From Heteronotia binoei (lineage: Eukaryota): DNA of 64,000 bases. This document shows positions 48,497 through 60,701 of this stretch, one piece after another; the stretch's first letter is position 1, and every line of letters begins with the position of its first letter. A model generated the notes under the pieces. That model searched no databases and had not been told where the DNA came from. It saw only the letters and a program-made list of their open reading frames with translations. Position numbers and translations under genes: made by a program. The DNA is taken from positions 53,134,001 to 53,198,000 of the forward strand of contig NC_083234.1 in the NCBI RefSeq assembly GCF_032191835.1, in the 5' to 3' direction.

Positions 48497-48950
48497 AGAA
48501 TTAAGAACCTGAAAGGTTACATGGATACAAATTAGGGGAGGCAATGTAAAATCAATAAATATGCAACATAAACATTACAAATTATCAGAAATGCATGTAT
48601 TTATTACAAATTAATTTAAAAACAATTATAGGTCCTGTCATGAGCCTGAGCCTGCTAGTGAGGCCTAGTGGCTCTGGAAAAACCTATATTAGAGTAACTA
48701 CTGGTTCTACATTTCCCAGGCCACCCTTGGACCCTTTGATTGGTCAACAGGGGATTTGGAAGGAAAACTTACACCAACAGAGGGTGGTGCCTGGGAAGAA
48801 GGAATCAAAGGCCTCACACAAAGTGAGAGACTGTTCACTCCTAAGGAGCAGAGCTGAGGAGAGGCTGCTGCAGACGGAGGGAACCCTCATACAGTAGGGG
48901 TGAATCAGCTTGAAGCTAATCACCAAGAGACAGCTAGGAACGGTCTAGAT

Positions 48951-49782
48951 CAGGAGTGTCAAACTCATTTGTTACAAGGGTAGGATCTGATATAAATGAG
49001 ACTGTGGGGCCGGGCCATGTGTGTCATAAAATGTAATGCCAGGTAGCAGAGATATAAACTTTATAAAGAACACAGACAACCATAATTAAGGAATTTTTAA
49101 ACTTAAAATACAAACATGCTTAAAATTCTTGCAATATTTTGTTTAAAATTGAAAGGTGGGAGTATAATGGGATTTGGCAATGCAGTTTTAAAAATAAAAC
49201 ATTAAAAAGCACAAGGATCACAGCAGAAACTAAAAATATAAAATGCTCTGCGTACAGGAAAAGATGAAATGGCTTCTCCCACGCCAATTCTACTTAGATT
49301 GGCAATGGCTCTCCTATGTAATATCCCCCTTTGGCTGTGGGTTCCCAGGTTAGAGTACTTACTAGGCGCTAGTTCTCAGATCCATTCAGCAGAGACAAGC
49401 TGGCTCAAAGCATCAACCCTTTACTTGAAAGGACACAACTTCAGGAAGCAACTGCTTCAGCTGGCTATAGGAATGCTGGAAAGTGAAACTTGAGCCCCAT
49501 TCCATTAAAAAACATTTCAGCACAGACAAAGTTGCAAGGAAAACATGGAATGAATTTTCCACTAAGGTCTCTATCTGGGCACAGAGACCTTATTGGAAAA
49601 TCCATTCCACATTTTCTTTGCAGCTTTGCAAGCCCAGAATTTCCTGCTGCATCCAGTATGACAAGGCAGAAGGAGGTGGGAACTTCAGCAGCCTTGGAGC
49701 TTCAAAGGGTGAGGACATGAGAGGGAGAAGTGGGGAGAAAAGAGCCATGGGCCTTATTGGGCTGGATATTTGACACCCCCTG
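48951..49782. mobile_element. hAT (Charlie/Buster-like) non-autonomous element, 832 bp
   Basis: TIRs caggagtgtcaaac / atttgacacccctg-like; perfect 8-bp TSD gtctagat, fitting the nTCTAGAn preference of this group. Confidence 0.88.
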
Positions 49783-49918
49783 GTCTAGATAAAACATGTT
49801 AGGGTGTTTTATTTTCTTCACCTACCTTTACTGTTCTCATTATTTTACTAATTATTTGAAAACCAATTATTACTAGACCTCTTAAATAAAATTATTATTC
49901 TGCTTTGGTCCTCATGCC

Positions 49919-51563
49919 TAGGGTTGCCAAGTCCAATTCAAGAAATATCTGGGGACTTTGGGGGTGGAACCATAAGCAAAGTTGTGACAAGCACAATTGA
50001 ACTCCAAAGGGAGTTCTGGCCATCACATTTAAAGGAACAGCACACCTTTTAAATGCCTTCCCTATGTTAGAAATAATGGATAGGGGCACCTTCTTTTGGG
50101 GCTCATAAAATTGGACCCCCTAGTCCAATCCTTTTGAAACTTGGAGAGCATTTTGAGGAGTCATCAGATGCTATGCTGAAAATTTGGTGCCTCTGCCTCA
50201 AAAAACAACCCTTCCAGAGCCCCAGATACCCCCAGATCAATTCTCCATTATACCCTATGAGAATCGATCTCCATAGGGAATAATAAAGTGCACAGCAGAC
50301 ATTTCCCTTCCCCCCCAATGTTTATGACAACTCTGAAGTGGGGGAGGGCCTGCTCCCACCTGGCGATTGGCATCTCTACTCACGAGTTGCTGAACTACCA
50401 ACTTCTTCAAAGTAACACAGAGCAACCAAAGGTTCAAGTTTACTTTCCTATGCAAACGACCTCTGAAAAGATTGTGCAACCAATGGAGGGTCTGGGCTAG
50501 GCTTCCCAAATCCCCCGCTTGGCCTGGAGACCCCCGATTTGGAGCCTCCTCCCCCCGCACGGCAAAAAAGGGAAAGCGGGAGGGGGGGAGAATGGCAGCC
50601 CTTCCCACCCAGCCCCGATCGCAGCAGCCAGAGCTCTTCCATTTTCTCAGGCTGCTTCCTGCCCCCAGTCAGCTGGCCGGTGAAGGGAGGGGAGCCCAGC
50701 CCCGCCCCCAAAGGGCCATGTGCCTTTGCACCTCCGGAGGTGAGTGAGTTCTGCCGGCTTCCTATTCCATGCCATAAAGTGCCCAGCTGGTGTGCCTGTG
50801 TTGCTGTGAGAAGCTGGCAGCAACTTGTGAGTAGAGAGGCCAGTCCCCTGCATCAGATTTGCCAGAAACGGGGGGGGGGGGGGGTGAAGGGGGGTGAAGA
50901 GGGAAACGTCTTCATTATTCCCTATGTGAAGATCAATTCTCATAGGGTATAATGCAGAATTGATTTGGAGGTTTCAGGGGCTCTGGGGGAGCTGTTTTTT
51001 GAGGTAGAGGCACCAAATTTTCAATATAGTATCTAGTGCCCCTCCCCAAAGTACCCCCCAAATTTCAAAACGATTGGACCAGGGGGTCCAATTCTATGAG
51101 CCCCAAAAAAGGTGCCCTTATCCTTATTTCCTATGGAAGGAAGACATTTAAAAAGGTGTGCTGTCCCTTTAAATATGATGGCCAGAACTCTCTTGGAGTT
51201 CAATTATGCTTGTCACACTCTTGTTCCTGGCTCCGCCCCAATGTCTCCTGGCTCCACCCCCAAAGTCCCCAGATATTTCTTGAATTGGACTTGGCAACCC
51301 TAGTCTGGGCTGCTTTCACAGTCACTGGAAGCAGCCATGTTCTTCTGCCTGCTCCCCCCCTGCCCCCATTCAGCCTTAAAGACACAGACACCCCATCCCA
51401 AGAGGAAGCCTTTCCAAGAGGAGTCTGAAGCCTCCGGAGGTGGAAAGGCACATGGCAGCTGTGGGGGCGGGGCTTCCCCCCACCGGCTAGCTGACTAGTA
51501 GCAGGAAGAAGCCTGGGAAAGTGGGAGAACCCTCCCCCTGGGACCTGGGAATTGGCAAGCCTA
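49919..51563. mobile_element. hAT-like element (outer copy)
   Basis: tagggttgccaa...ttggcaagccta termini; 8-bp TSD ctcatgcc/ctcatgct. Confidence 0.8.
50498..51302. mobile_element. hAT-like element of the same family nested in opposite orientation (inner copy, 805 bp)
   Basis: taggcttcccaa...ttggcaacccta termini; perfect 8-bp TSD gtctgggc (50490-97 / 51303-10). Confidence 0.88.
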
Positions 51564-51808
51564 CTCATGCTAAATTTGGTCACATATAAAGTAAAATCTA
51601 CTGGGAAATAGTGAACATAAGGAGTTGGGGTGGGTGCTCTGGTCCCTCCCAAAGAAGTCCGTACCAGAGTGGTGACAACCCACATACAGCTTCCCTGATT
51701 CCCTGCCTATGACAGGCTAAATGCAACATAAATATTACAAATTATCAAAAATGCACATATTTATTAAAAATTAGTTTAAAAAAACTATCTCTCCATCTAT
51801 CTTCTATC

Positions 51809-51994
51809 TAGGGCTTTTTTTGAGCAGGAATGCATTTCCAGCTGGCTTGGCACCAGGGGGTGTGGCCTAGTATGCAAATTAGTTCCTGCTGGGCTGCTTC
51901 TACAAAAAGCACTGAGTAAAACAATGATTATGTCAGGGTGTGTGGCCTAATATGCAAATGATTCCTGCTGAGACTTTTCTACAAAAAAGCTCTG
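51809..51994. mobile_element. MITE with two octamer (ATGCAAAT) motifs; related inverted copy at ~60760-60930
   Basis: agggctttttttgagcagg...tacaaaaaagctctg; internal duplication ggcctagtatgcaaat / ggcctaatatgcaaat. Confidence 0.65.
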
Positions 51995-53494
51995 TATCTA
52001 CCTGCCTGCCTATCTATCTATCTACTCAATAAGAATTACAAATTGCACGACACACTAATTGTTATACTGGCTCCCTATTTACTTTTGGAATTGAATTTCC
52101 TGGACCAAAATAGGAGGGTACACAATTGAAATACCATTTTGATTATATGTACCTGATTTGGACACAGGGCCATAGTACATCCTTATTTATTTATTGAATT
52201 TCAAAGGCTGCCCTTCCCTGCAAGCAGGGCTCAGGGCAGCTAACAACAAAACGAGAACAATAAATAAATACAAGTTAAAACCAAAGATTAAAATAGCAGT
52301 AGCATATGAACAATAAAAACAATACGTATTTCAAGATGGTGGGAAAGAATTTAGTGTCCAGGAACCATCTAGGCGGGAGGATTCCAAGGAGGGAAGTGCC
52401 AGATTGTGTACTGTTCCACTGCTGTCCTCAGCCAGATGCCTGGCAGAACATCTATAGACAAACAGCTTAGCTCTGATACTATCTCAGGTGTGAGTTTTCT
52501 AAGCTTTTTCTGTATCTAGTTGGGATATTGAATAGAATATAGTTTGCATTTGGAACAGACAGCCTAACTGTGGACTGTAAGACTGCAGTACTTCCAGTTC
52601 CCTGATGGTGGTGAGAGAGAATTGCCCATAGTAAAAATGGGGGCCTGTGGTGTCCATTTTACTACAAAGGCCTGATTTTCATTGTCACCTTACAGAGGGG
52701 GTGGGCAACCTGGGATGCAATACTGGGGAGAGTATTCCTCTCATATTTTCTGCTCATTCCATTCAACAGCTGAAACACCAATCACAGTTCATCTTTACTA
52801 CAAGCTGGTCATATTGTGTTTATAATGGATTCAACCAGTGTTAGTGCATGGTTCAATTTCTTGAAATAACATTTTAGTTATCCTTCAGATTAGAGGAAAG
52901 GTGTCAAGGGCCGGGTCTGACATAAATATCACTTTGTTGGGCAGGGGGGCCATAGATGCCGTAACAAGCCAAAATGGCGTCTAAAAGCACAAAGACATTG
53001 TAAAACATTAAGGCATTAAACATTAAAATACAATGATGCTATAAATCAAAAAGAACAATAAAGTATAGAGGCAGTATTCCTGTGGTTCTCTTCAGCATTA
53101 AACAATATCGGTCACTGGTCCTCAGAGGGCGCAACTTTTACGATATTAAACAGCAGTTAGTTCCAGGCAGTTTGGCAGCCGTCTCCTGCCTTAGTTGTTA
53201 TACGCTAGATAAAACATTTCCGTTTTACAGCCCCTGAAGAACTGGGAAAGGTCCCACAGGGCCCTGATATCCTCTAGGAGAGTATTCCATAACACAGGCA
53301 CTGCCGCAGCCTCTGGTGGAACTCAGCCTGGCCTCCTTTGGCCCAGGGATAGAGATTTATGAGAAAAATTAAAATCCAGATGGGAACACAGAAATCCAAT
53401 CTTAAAAAAAAACTTTTTCAGAATAAGCCATAATAATTTCCTCAATATAAATTGTGCTTGTCAGAAGAATCCACCCAACCACCCTCCTTCCTTT

Positions 53495-53590
53495 CCTCCA
53501 TCTGAAGAAGTGTGCTTGCATACAAAAGCTTATACCTGGAATAAAACATTGTTAATCTTAAAGCTGTCATGGAACTCCAACTTTGCTTTC
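53495..53590 (+). mobile_element. Penelope terminal-repeat fragment
   Basis: tCTGAAGAagtgtgcttgcatacaaaagcttatacctggaataaaacattgttaatcttaaag. Confidence 0.7.
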
Positions 53591-53652
53591 TCACTCTCTT
53601 TCCTCCTCAAAAGAGGAAGAGCAGCCCTGGAGAAGGAAGCAGAAGCTCTGTG

Positions 53653-53933
53653 GAGAGCCAGTTTGGTGTAGTGGTTAAGTGTGCGGACTCTTATCTGGGA
53701 GAACCGGGTTTGATTCCCCACTCCTCCACTTGCACCTGCTAGCATGGCCTTGGGTCAGCCATAGCTCTGGCAGAGGTTGTCCTTGAAAGGGCAGCTGCTG
53801 TGAGAGCCCTCTCCAGCCCCACCCACCTCACAGGGTGTCTGTTGTCAGGGAGGAAGGTAAAGGAGACTGTGAGCCGCTCTGACACTCTTCGGAGTGGAGG
53901 GCGGGATATAAATCCAATATCTTCTATCTTCTG
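53653..53933 (+). mobile_element. Young full-length Squam3-like SINE
   Basis: gagagccagtttggtgtagtggttaagtgtgcggactc...gggcgggatataaatccaatatcttct; CpGs retained. Confidence 0.9.
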
Positions 53934-54719
53934 TAGGCTTCCCAAACCTCCCGCTCTGGTGGGAGACTTCTGGGTTCGCAGCCTCATCTCCCGCTCTTCA
54001 AAACTCTGGAAGCGGGGGTGAGGGGTGGAACAGGGGGGAGAACATACCTTTAGGCTTCATGTTGTAGAGCTCCTGAGCCGTTTGCAAAATGTCTGCCCCT
54101 TTAAGGCTGGGCAGGAAGCAGAAAGGGCTTCTGAGAACGGCCCCTCCCTTTCTTTGCTTTCGTTTTCACAGGAAGTAGAGTTGTCCGGAGGAAGATCTGG
54201 TAAGTGTGTGTGTGAGAGAGGGAGGGGGCAGGGGATTCCCTAGTTTGGAGGCCCTCCCCCCCTTTAGAAAGCGTGGGGGGGGAGGGAAATGTCTACTAGG
54301 CACTCTATTATTCCCTGTGGAGAACGATTCCCATAGGGAATAATAGGAAATTGATCCGTGGGTATTGGGGGCTCTGGGGGGGCTATTTTTGAGGTAGAGG
54401 CACCAAATTTTTAGTATAGCATCTAGTGCCTCTCCCCAAAATACCCCCCAAGTTTCAAAACAATTGGACCAGAGGGTCCAATTCTATGAGCCCCAAAATA
54501 TGGTGCCCCTATCCTTAATTATTTCCTATGGAAGAAAGGCATTTTAAAAGGTGTGCTGTCTCTTTAAATGTGATGGCAAGAACTCCCTTGGAGTTCAATT
54601 ATGCTTGTCACATCCTTGTTCTTGGCTCCACCCCAATGTCTCCTGGCTCCACCCCCAAAGTCTCCTGGCTCCACCCCCAAAGTCCCCAGATTTTTCTTTA
54701 ATTGGACTTGGCAACCCTA
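53934..54719. mobile_element. hAT-like element (786 bp) inserted in the SINE tail
   Basis: taggcttcccaa...ttggcaacccta; perfect 8-bp TSD atcttctg (53926-33 / 54720-27); right half homologous to 50930-51302. Confidence 0.88.
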
Positions 54720-56451
54720 ATCTTCTGTGTGTGCGAGACAGAGAGGCTTGTCTTTGTATCTCTCCCAAACAAAGCAGGAAGCAGCCAGGGAACTCTCTCT
54801 CTCTCTCTCTTTCTGTAGGGGGAGGGGGGAGGGAGACAAGAGGCAGGAAGCAAAGAGCCATTGAGGTTGCAGGGGAAAAACAAGCTATGGTGTGGCTGCA
54901 GGACCAGCCCTCGAAAAGGAAGCAGAAGGAAGTTTCTCATGGGCTGCATCTGAGCACTGTGGGCTATCTGTTTGACATTTCTGGATTAGAGGATAATTAA
55001 AAGACAATTAGAGGGAAAGGCTTTTCTCTATTATGATTGGATTATTTTTCATTATACATTCCTAATATTAGAAATCAGAGTTACAAACAATGTGATCTGA
55101 TGTGTATCTTCATTTTTATGGGTATTTTTTTTCTTTGTCCTCTATTGGTTTGGGCCACTTCACCCATTGAAAAGCCTTTCTAATTATTACTAAATTTATT
55201 CTAATATTAACACTGTGCTGCTTAAACTCTTTTATCATGGAGGTGCCTTTTCTTATTTTGTATACTGTGTTTTAAAAATTGATCATAACTGCTTGGTAAA
55301 TAGAAGCTGACATGTATTTACTCAGCCTAGGACAAGTTGTGTTGGAAGCCTCACTATTTATCTGACTTTTATCTCACCCTAACCTGCAAATGGGCTCAGG
55401 GCAGCTCACAACATGCAAGTACAACAATTTTTTTAAAAAATAAAATGTAATATGATAAAAGATTAAAATTCAGTTCTATACATAAATCACAAGATGGCGA
55501 TAATGCATTTCAAGTGCTCTCAGAAAAATTTAGCCCTTGTATGTGCACATAAATCTACCAAAGGCAACCAACCCATTAGGAAAACCAGCAAACTCATTAG
55601 CTATACTTTTGCCCACTTTAATCTCACAAGAAAACTTTTTCATTAACAAGATCTGCTCTTTTGTGACAGTACCCTAATTTTCCCCATGTCTGGCTATTAG
55701 TAATTTAGCTAACATTAAGAAAGACTCTGGCCTTATGGCATATTGTGCCTTAATGGCACACACAAATCCAAATTGTTAGAAACTAGAGCCCTAACAATAC
55801 AAATGTTAATGGGAAAAAGCCCCAATTTTTAAATTCACTAGTCACACATTATTAAGGCCATGTGGCCTCCATCAGTTTTGTTAATCAAATATGTGCCTAA
55901 AGTTCCATGCTCCAGGGATGCATGAATCTGCTTTGTATCAGTGCCATGGTAAATAGGGATGAGGCATAAGCCTCCCCCCACCTACATACACACATTGTAC
56001 ACCCCATCATGTGCTTTAGTCCTAATGGAAATCAGGCCTGTGTATAACTGGGGATTTAGTTCTGATCACAGAGCTTCCAAATCACATCTGTCTACCAGTT
56101 ACATGAGGGACATGAGGACTTGATAATGTGTGAACTGACTTTCACCCTATCATGTAGAATGACTGACATTCAAGAGCCAGTGTGGTGTAATCTGGAAAAT
56201 TGGGTTCAATTCCATGTTCCTCCACATGAAGCCAGCTGGGTGACCTTGGGTCAGTTAGAGCTGTCTCAGCCCAAAAATAAGCCTAGCTCACCATCTAGGA
56301 GTGCATAATGCTAAAAAGAGCAGTACTTCAGGCAGCCAGACAATCTTAGGATTTCCTGTCTATACCACACAGAGAACTAAACAGTAATTATTATTACTGA
56401 TGTTCTTGGCTTGTTGATCGCTCTTGTATGTTTCTTAGCAGGACAGTGGCC

Positions 56452-57735
56452 ATGGCTGCCGATTCAGATGTGCTCCATTTCCAGTTTGAGCAACAAGGGG
56501 ATGCCGTGCTGCAGAAGATGAACATCTTGCGGCAACAAAACCTCTTTTGTGATGTTTCAATCTACATCAATGACACCGAGTTTCAGGGGCATAAGGTGAT
56601 TTTTGCTGCTTGTTCCACCTTCATGAGGGACCAGTTTCTGCTCAGTCAGTCCCAGCAAGTGCGCATCACCATCTTGCAGAGTGCCGAGGTAGGCAGAAAA
56701 CTGCTGCTCTCCTGCTACACTGGTGCTCTGGAGGTGAAAAAGAAGGAACTCTTGAAATATCTCACAGCTGCAAGTTACCTGCAGATGGTGCATATTGTGG
56801 AGAAATGCACCGAGGCACTATCACGGTACCTGGAAATGGATGCTTCTGTGGAGGGAAACAGCAGAAGCCCTGAAAAATGCCACTCTTCTGACATGGAGCT
56901 AGGAGGCAAAGAGGCCAGTCTGGATAAAGACTGTGAAATTATTGAGATTTCAGAAGACAGTTCTGTGAATTTAGATGATAATATAAAGCAGGAAAAAGGA
57001 GATGTTCAGCAGCCACCCCTGCAAGATTTAGTACCAGAAAGGAAGGATGTAAAAAGCCCCGAGATATCAACTGTTGAAATAGGATACAAAGATGACGAAA
57101 TCTGCATTTTCCAAATGGATTCTATCAATGCACCTGGTGTAGAAAATGAGCAGTATTCACAACCATCTACCTCCTCTAAAACAAACTTATATTTTCCTGA
57201 AACTCAACACTCTTTAATCAACTCAACTGTTGAGAGCAGAATTTCAGAAGTGGCAGGGGGTCAATTCCCAGGCTTCAGGGGTGAGAACCCAGAAGGAGCT
57301 GTGAGTGCTGTGAGCGGGTTCCAAAATCCAGAGGACTCTGGCTATTCGTGGCGCCACCAGTGTCCAAAATGCCCCCGGGGGTTCCTCCACCTTGAGAACT
57401 ATCTCCGCCATTTGAAGATGCACAAGCTGTTCTTGTGTTTGCAGTGTGGGAAAACTTTCACGCAAAAGAAGAACCTGAACCGGCACATCCGAGGGCACAT
57501 GGGGATCCGCCCATTTCAGTGCATGGTGTGCCTGAAAACATTTACTGCCAAAAGCACCCTCCAGGACCACTTGAACATTCATAGTGGGGATAGGCCTTAC
57601 AAGTGTCACTGCTGTGACATGGACTTCAAGCACAAATCTGCCCTCAAGAAGCACCTGACATCTGTGCATGGGAGGGGCAATGTGGATAAAGCAGCTTTTG
57701 ACTCTATTACTGAAGTCAGAATAGACTATGATTAA
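56452..57735 (+). CDS. ZBTB6: Zinc finger and BTB domain-containing protein 6 (427 aa; BTB plus 4 C2H2 fingers)
   Basis: MAADSDVLHFQFEQQGDAVLQKMNILRQQNLFCDVSIYINDTEFQGHKVIFAACSTFMRDQF BTB domain; fingers FLCLQCGKTFTQKKNLNRHIRGH, FQCMVCLKTFTAKSTLQDHLNIH, YKCHCCDMDFKHKSALKKHLTSVH. Start context gccATGg; acceptor tttcttag/cag at 56437-41 excludes the ORF-track start 56428. Confidence 0.95.
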   Translation: MAADSDVLHFQFEQQGDAVLQKMNILRQQNLFCDVSIYINDTEFQGHKVIFAACSTFMRDQFLLSQSQQVRITILQSAEVGRKLLLSCYTGALEVKKKELLKYLTAASYLQMVHIVEKCTEALSRYLEMDASVEGNSRSPEKCHSSDMELGGKEASLDKDCEIIEISEDSSVNLDDNIKQEKGDVQQPPLQDLVPERKDVKSPEISTVEIGYKDDEICIFQMDSINAPGVENEQYSQPSTSSKTNLYFPETQHSLINSTVESRISEVAGGQFPGFRGENPEGAVSAVSGFQNPEDSGYSWRHQCPKCPRGFLHLENYLRHLKMHKLFLCLQCGKTFTQKKNLNRHIRGHMGIRPFQCMVCLKTFTAKSTLQDHLNIHSGDRPYKCHCCDMDFKHKSALKKHLTSVHGRGNVDKAAFDSITEVRIDYD

Positions 57736-58901
57736 TGCATGTGTAGTTGAGGCCTGGTTTCCTGTAAAATACTGAGATCAGCTTCCCACTGAGGCCTCAA
57801 TTCAACAAGCTGGTCAGGAAGCTGCATTCCAGTATTTCCACAGGTGTTAATTTGAGGCTTGCAAATAGGCATGAGCCTGATCAATTGAGTTAAGGATCGC
57901 CTTCAAGCTGGGAAGATGAACAAAATGTCTCTTATTCCCTTTTAGACCACACATTTTTATTTAGAGAGCACAAGTGCTGTATGTGGGTGTAGTAATTATT
58001 TTGTGGACTCCTACTTTGGCTTTGTGTTAGGTATTCCACAAATAAGGCTACTAAGGTGTCAGTCCTTAAAAAGGATGACTTTGCACAACTGGGGGTTCTG
58101 TAGAGGCAAATCTGAATTTATTCCTACTCAGAAAAAATAGAGTTGGGCCATTCTTCCAAGCTCCCATTTTCTGCTGCCCCAAATAATATTGATAAATCAT
58201 GTATGAGTTTCTGTAGTGGAAAGCAAACTGCAGGATGGCAGGGAAATGGATTTATACAGTTTTAAAAAATGTATATGAAGCAGCACCTTAACGCTCTCTC
58301 TATTTCTCTAAAAACAAGAACAACTTCATGTTTATCTTCCGTCTGAAATTTCCAGTTTACTTGAGGAATACTGGGAGAATTTCAGAAACGCAGAAGACCT
58401 ACAGCTTTGTTTCTGACTGTTCACTTATTTACACATGTGACTCAGTTGAAGTCATTAGCTATTTAAAGTTTTACAATGTATTTATATAGGTGTAACTACA
58501 TTCTGTAAGGTGATTGGATCCCAACTTGCTTCCCTTTCCTCGTTTGTGGAGTGCTATCAAATCTTCCACTGAAAGGGCCCCGAAAATCTGGGATTCTGTT
58601 GTCAAAGCAACTCAGATGCTTCTGCTGCTCAGACTTTTGCCAGCAGAGACTCACAGCTGTCTTCATCTAACAGATAATATTTGCCACCTTGGCTTATCTT
58701 GTGTGTGTGTTCCAGAAAAAGAAAGACAAGAGTTAAAAGAAAACACGCATGTCACAAATTGGTACTTTCTACTTCACTCAGTTGGGCATAATATCATGAC
58801 CAGAGACCACTTCAAGTGATTTGGGAAGACATTATACTTTGACTTCATCTACTCTGTGGGATGTAGTTGGGTCTGTGGGTCGCAAGCAAAAAGATCTAGC
58901 T

Positions 58902-59214
58902 CAGGGGTGGCCAAACTGCAGCTCAGGAACCACATGTGGCTCTTTCGCACGTATTGTGTGGCTCTCAAAGCCCCCACTGCCCTATTGGCTGCCTTGGAAA
59001 AGGCATTTGTCTCTTTAAATCACTTCTCCAAGCTAGCCAGTAGCTTGGAGAATTCATTTAAAGTTGCTTCCTTTCCACCTCTTCTCTACTCCCATGTATT
59101 TATTTCCTTTCCTTCCTTCCTCCCTCAAACATCTGACATTCATATCTTGTGGCTCTCAAACATCTGATGTTTATTCTATGTGGCTTTTATATTAAGCAAG
59201 TTTGGCCACCCATG
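58902..59214. mobile_element. hAT MITE in the ZBTB6 3' region
   Basis: caggggtggccaaact...agtttggccacccatg; perfect 8-bp TSD atctagct. Confidence 0.9.
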
Positions 59215-59952
59215 ATCTAGCTGAAAATCTAAGCAATGGCTATGTCCATTGGTCTTCTTTGGCGTGCTGTCAGGCTGTCCCATACAATGTCAAGTTAGTT
59301 TGGTTTCCATTTTGGTAGACATGTTATAATCACACTTTTATCCTATGCTTATTTTAACGGGCTCAAGTCCATATCGATGTTTCTCCATTCCAGCTTCACA
59401 ACAACCCCGTGAGACAGGCTAAGCAACAGTGACTGGTCCAAAGTCATTTAGTGACCTTTGTGGCCAAATGAAGGTTTTACCCTGAATTGTCCCAGTTCTC
59501 CACTCTCACTTCTCCTGTTGCAGTAGAAAACAACTATCCTTGCTTCATTTCTTTGCCTTCCACTTTGTTCCATACCACTGTCTTCACTAGCAAATACATA
59601 TAAATATTTTAAAAGTCTGTAGCGAACTTAATAGGCTAGCTCTATTTTATGATCTGTTGGTCTTGGCTTTTGTAAATTTGGATGTAAATCTTTTGGTGTT
59701 TTAATCATTGACGCCTCAAGCCACAGAAGACTGTGTACTTGTATGGTATTCTACAATCTGGAATGTAAACCCTCCAACTCCAGTCCTTTGTAAAAGAAGT
59801 TGTGTGTGTTTATTCACAGAGCTGTATTGCAGTTTCAATAGGGGTCCATTAGCTAATTAATCTCAAAATGGTGTTCTGTAACTACAGCAAAGACAATGCT
59901 GATATATTGTTGTTGGTTTGCATACATGTTTCTTCCATTTGGTTGTACTGAA

Positions 59953-59958
59953 AATAAA
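59953..59958 (+). terminator. Candidate ZBTB6 polyadenylation signal AATAAA
   Basis: AATAAA at the end of a U-rich, repeat-free 3'UTR-like block (59600-59970), 2.2 kb after the stop codon. Confidence 0.4.
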
Positions 59959-60405
59959 GACTGCCCACACTGGCTGATATGCATGGCTGATACCAAAAGA
60001 CTTTTAGGCCTACTTATCTTCTGGACATTACCTCAAGTCTCAGCATAGATGATGACCACTTTCTACTCAGCTAGCATAACTGGTTTATAAATAATACTTC
60101 AGATTCCCAGAAGCCCAAATTAGTTTTCTAGGTGTCACAGTTAACAAAGCACAGTCCTAGCTAAAAATGCTTGAAAATTACAAGATTAAAAGTAACCCAT
60201 TGGCGCAATGGAAGCAGTAGCAGGGCTTCTGGTAGCAGAGGTTTCAAAACACGAAAATGAGATCTGCCTTTAGTTTGCAAATAGGCCTGAGTTACTCTTG
60301 AAGTTAACTGAGAAAGCGTTGCCACTCAAAAAGCGCTGGGATTGTGAGACAAGAAATAGGCGTTTTACATGTGTTAGAAAAACTGATGGTGCTTTTACTG
60401 GAATA

Positions 60406-60701
60406 AAAACGGTAAAGGTAGTCCCCTGTGCAAGCACCAGTTGTTTCCGACTCTGGGGTGATGTTGCTTTCACACGTTTTCACAGCAGACTTTTTACAGA
60501 GTGGTTTACCATTGTCTTCCCCAGTCATCTACACTTTCCCCCCAGCAAGCTGGGTACTCATTTTACTGATGTCGGAAGGATGGAAGGTTGAGTCAACCTG
60601 CAGCCGGCTACCTGAACCAGCTTCTGCTGGGATTGAACTCAGGTCATGAGCAGAGGGCTCCGATTGCAGTACTGCAGCTTTACCACTCTGTGCCATGGGG
60701 C
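60406..60701 (-). mobile_element. Full-length Sauria-type SINE
   Basis: 13-bp TSD ttttactggaata (60393-405 / 60704-16). Confidence 0.9.

Larger units (their letters stand above)
48636..51714. mobile_element. Solo LTR-like element (~590 bp of own sequence) split by nested DNA transposons
   Basis: TGTCAtga... start and ...taTGACA end; the pieces 48636-48950, 49791-49918 and 51572-51714 rejoin across the TSDs of the inserts. No clean TSD of its own. Confidence 0.55.

Noticed and set aside
53653-53725. tRNA-like sequence (also in the other SINE heads)
   Set aside because: A/B boxes belong to SINE heads; no complete cloverleaf with a terminator.
56428-56451. N-terminal extension MFLSRTVA of the ZBTB6 ORF
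   Set aside because: It spans the acceptor tttcttag/cag; the downstream ATG has an ideal context and matches the known N-terminus.
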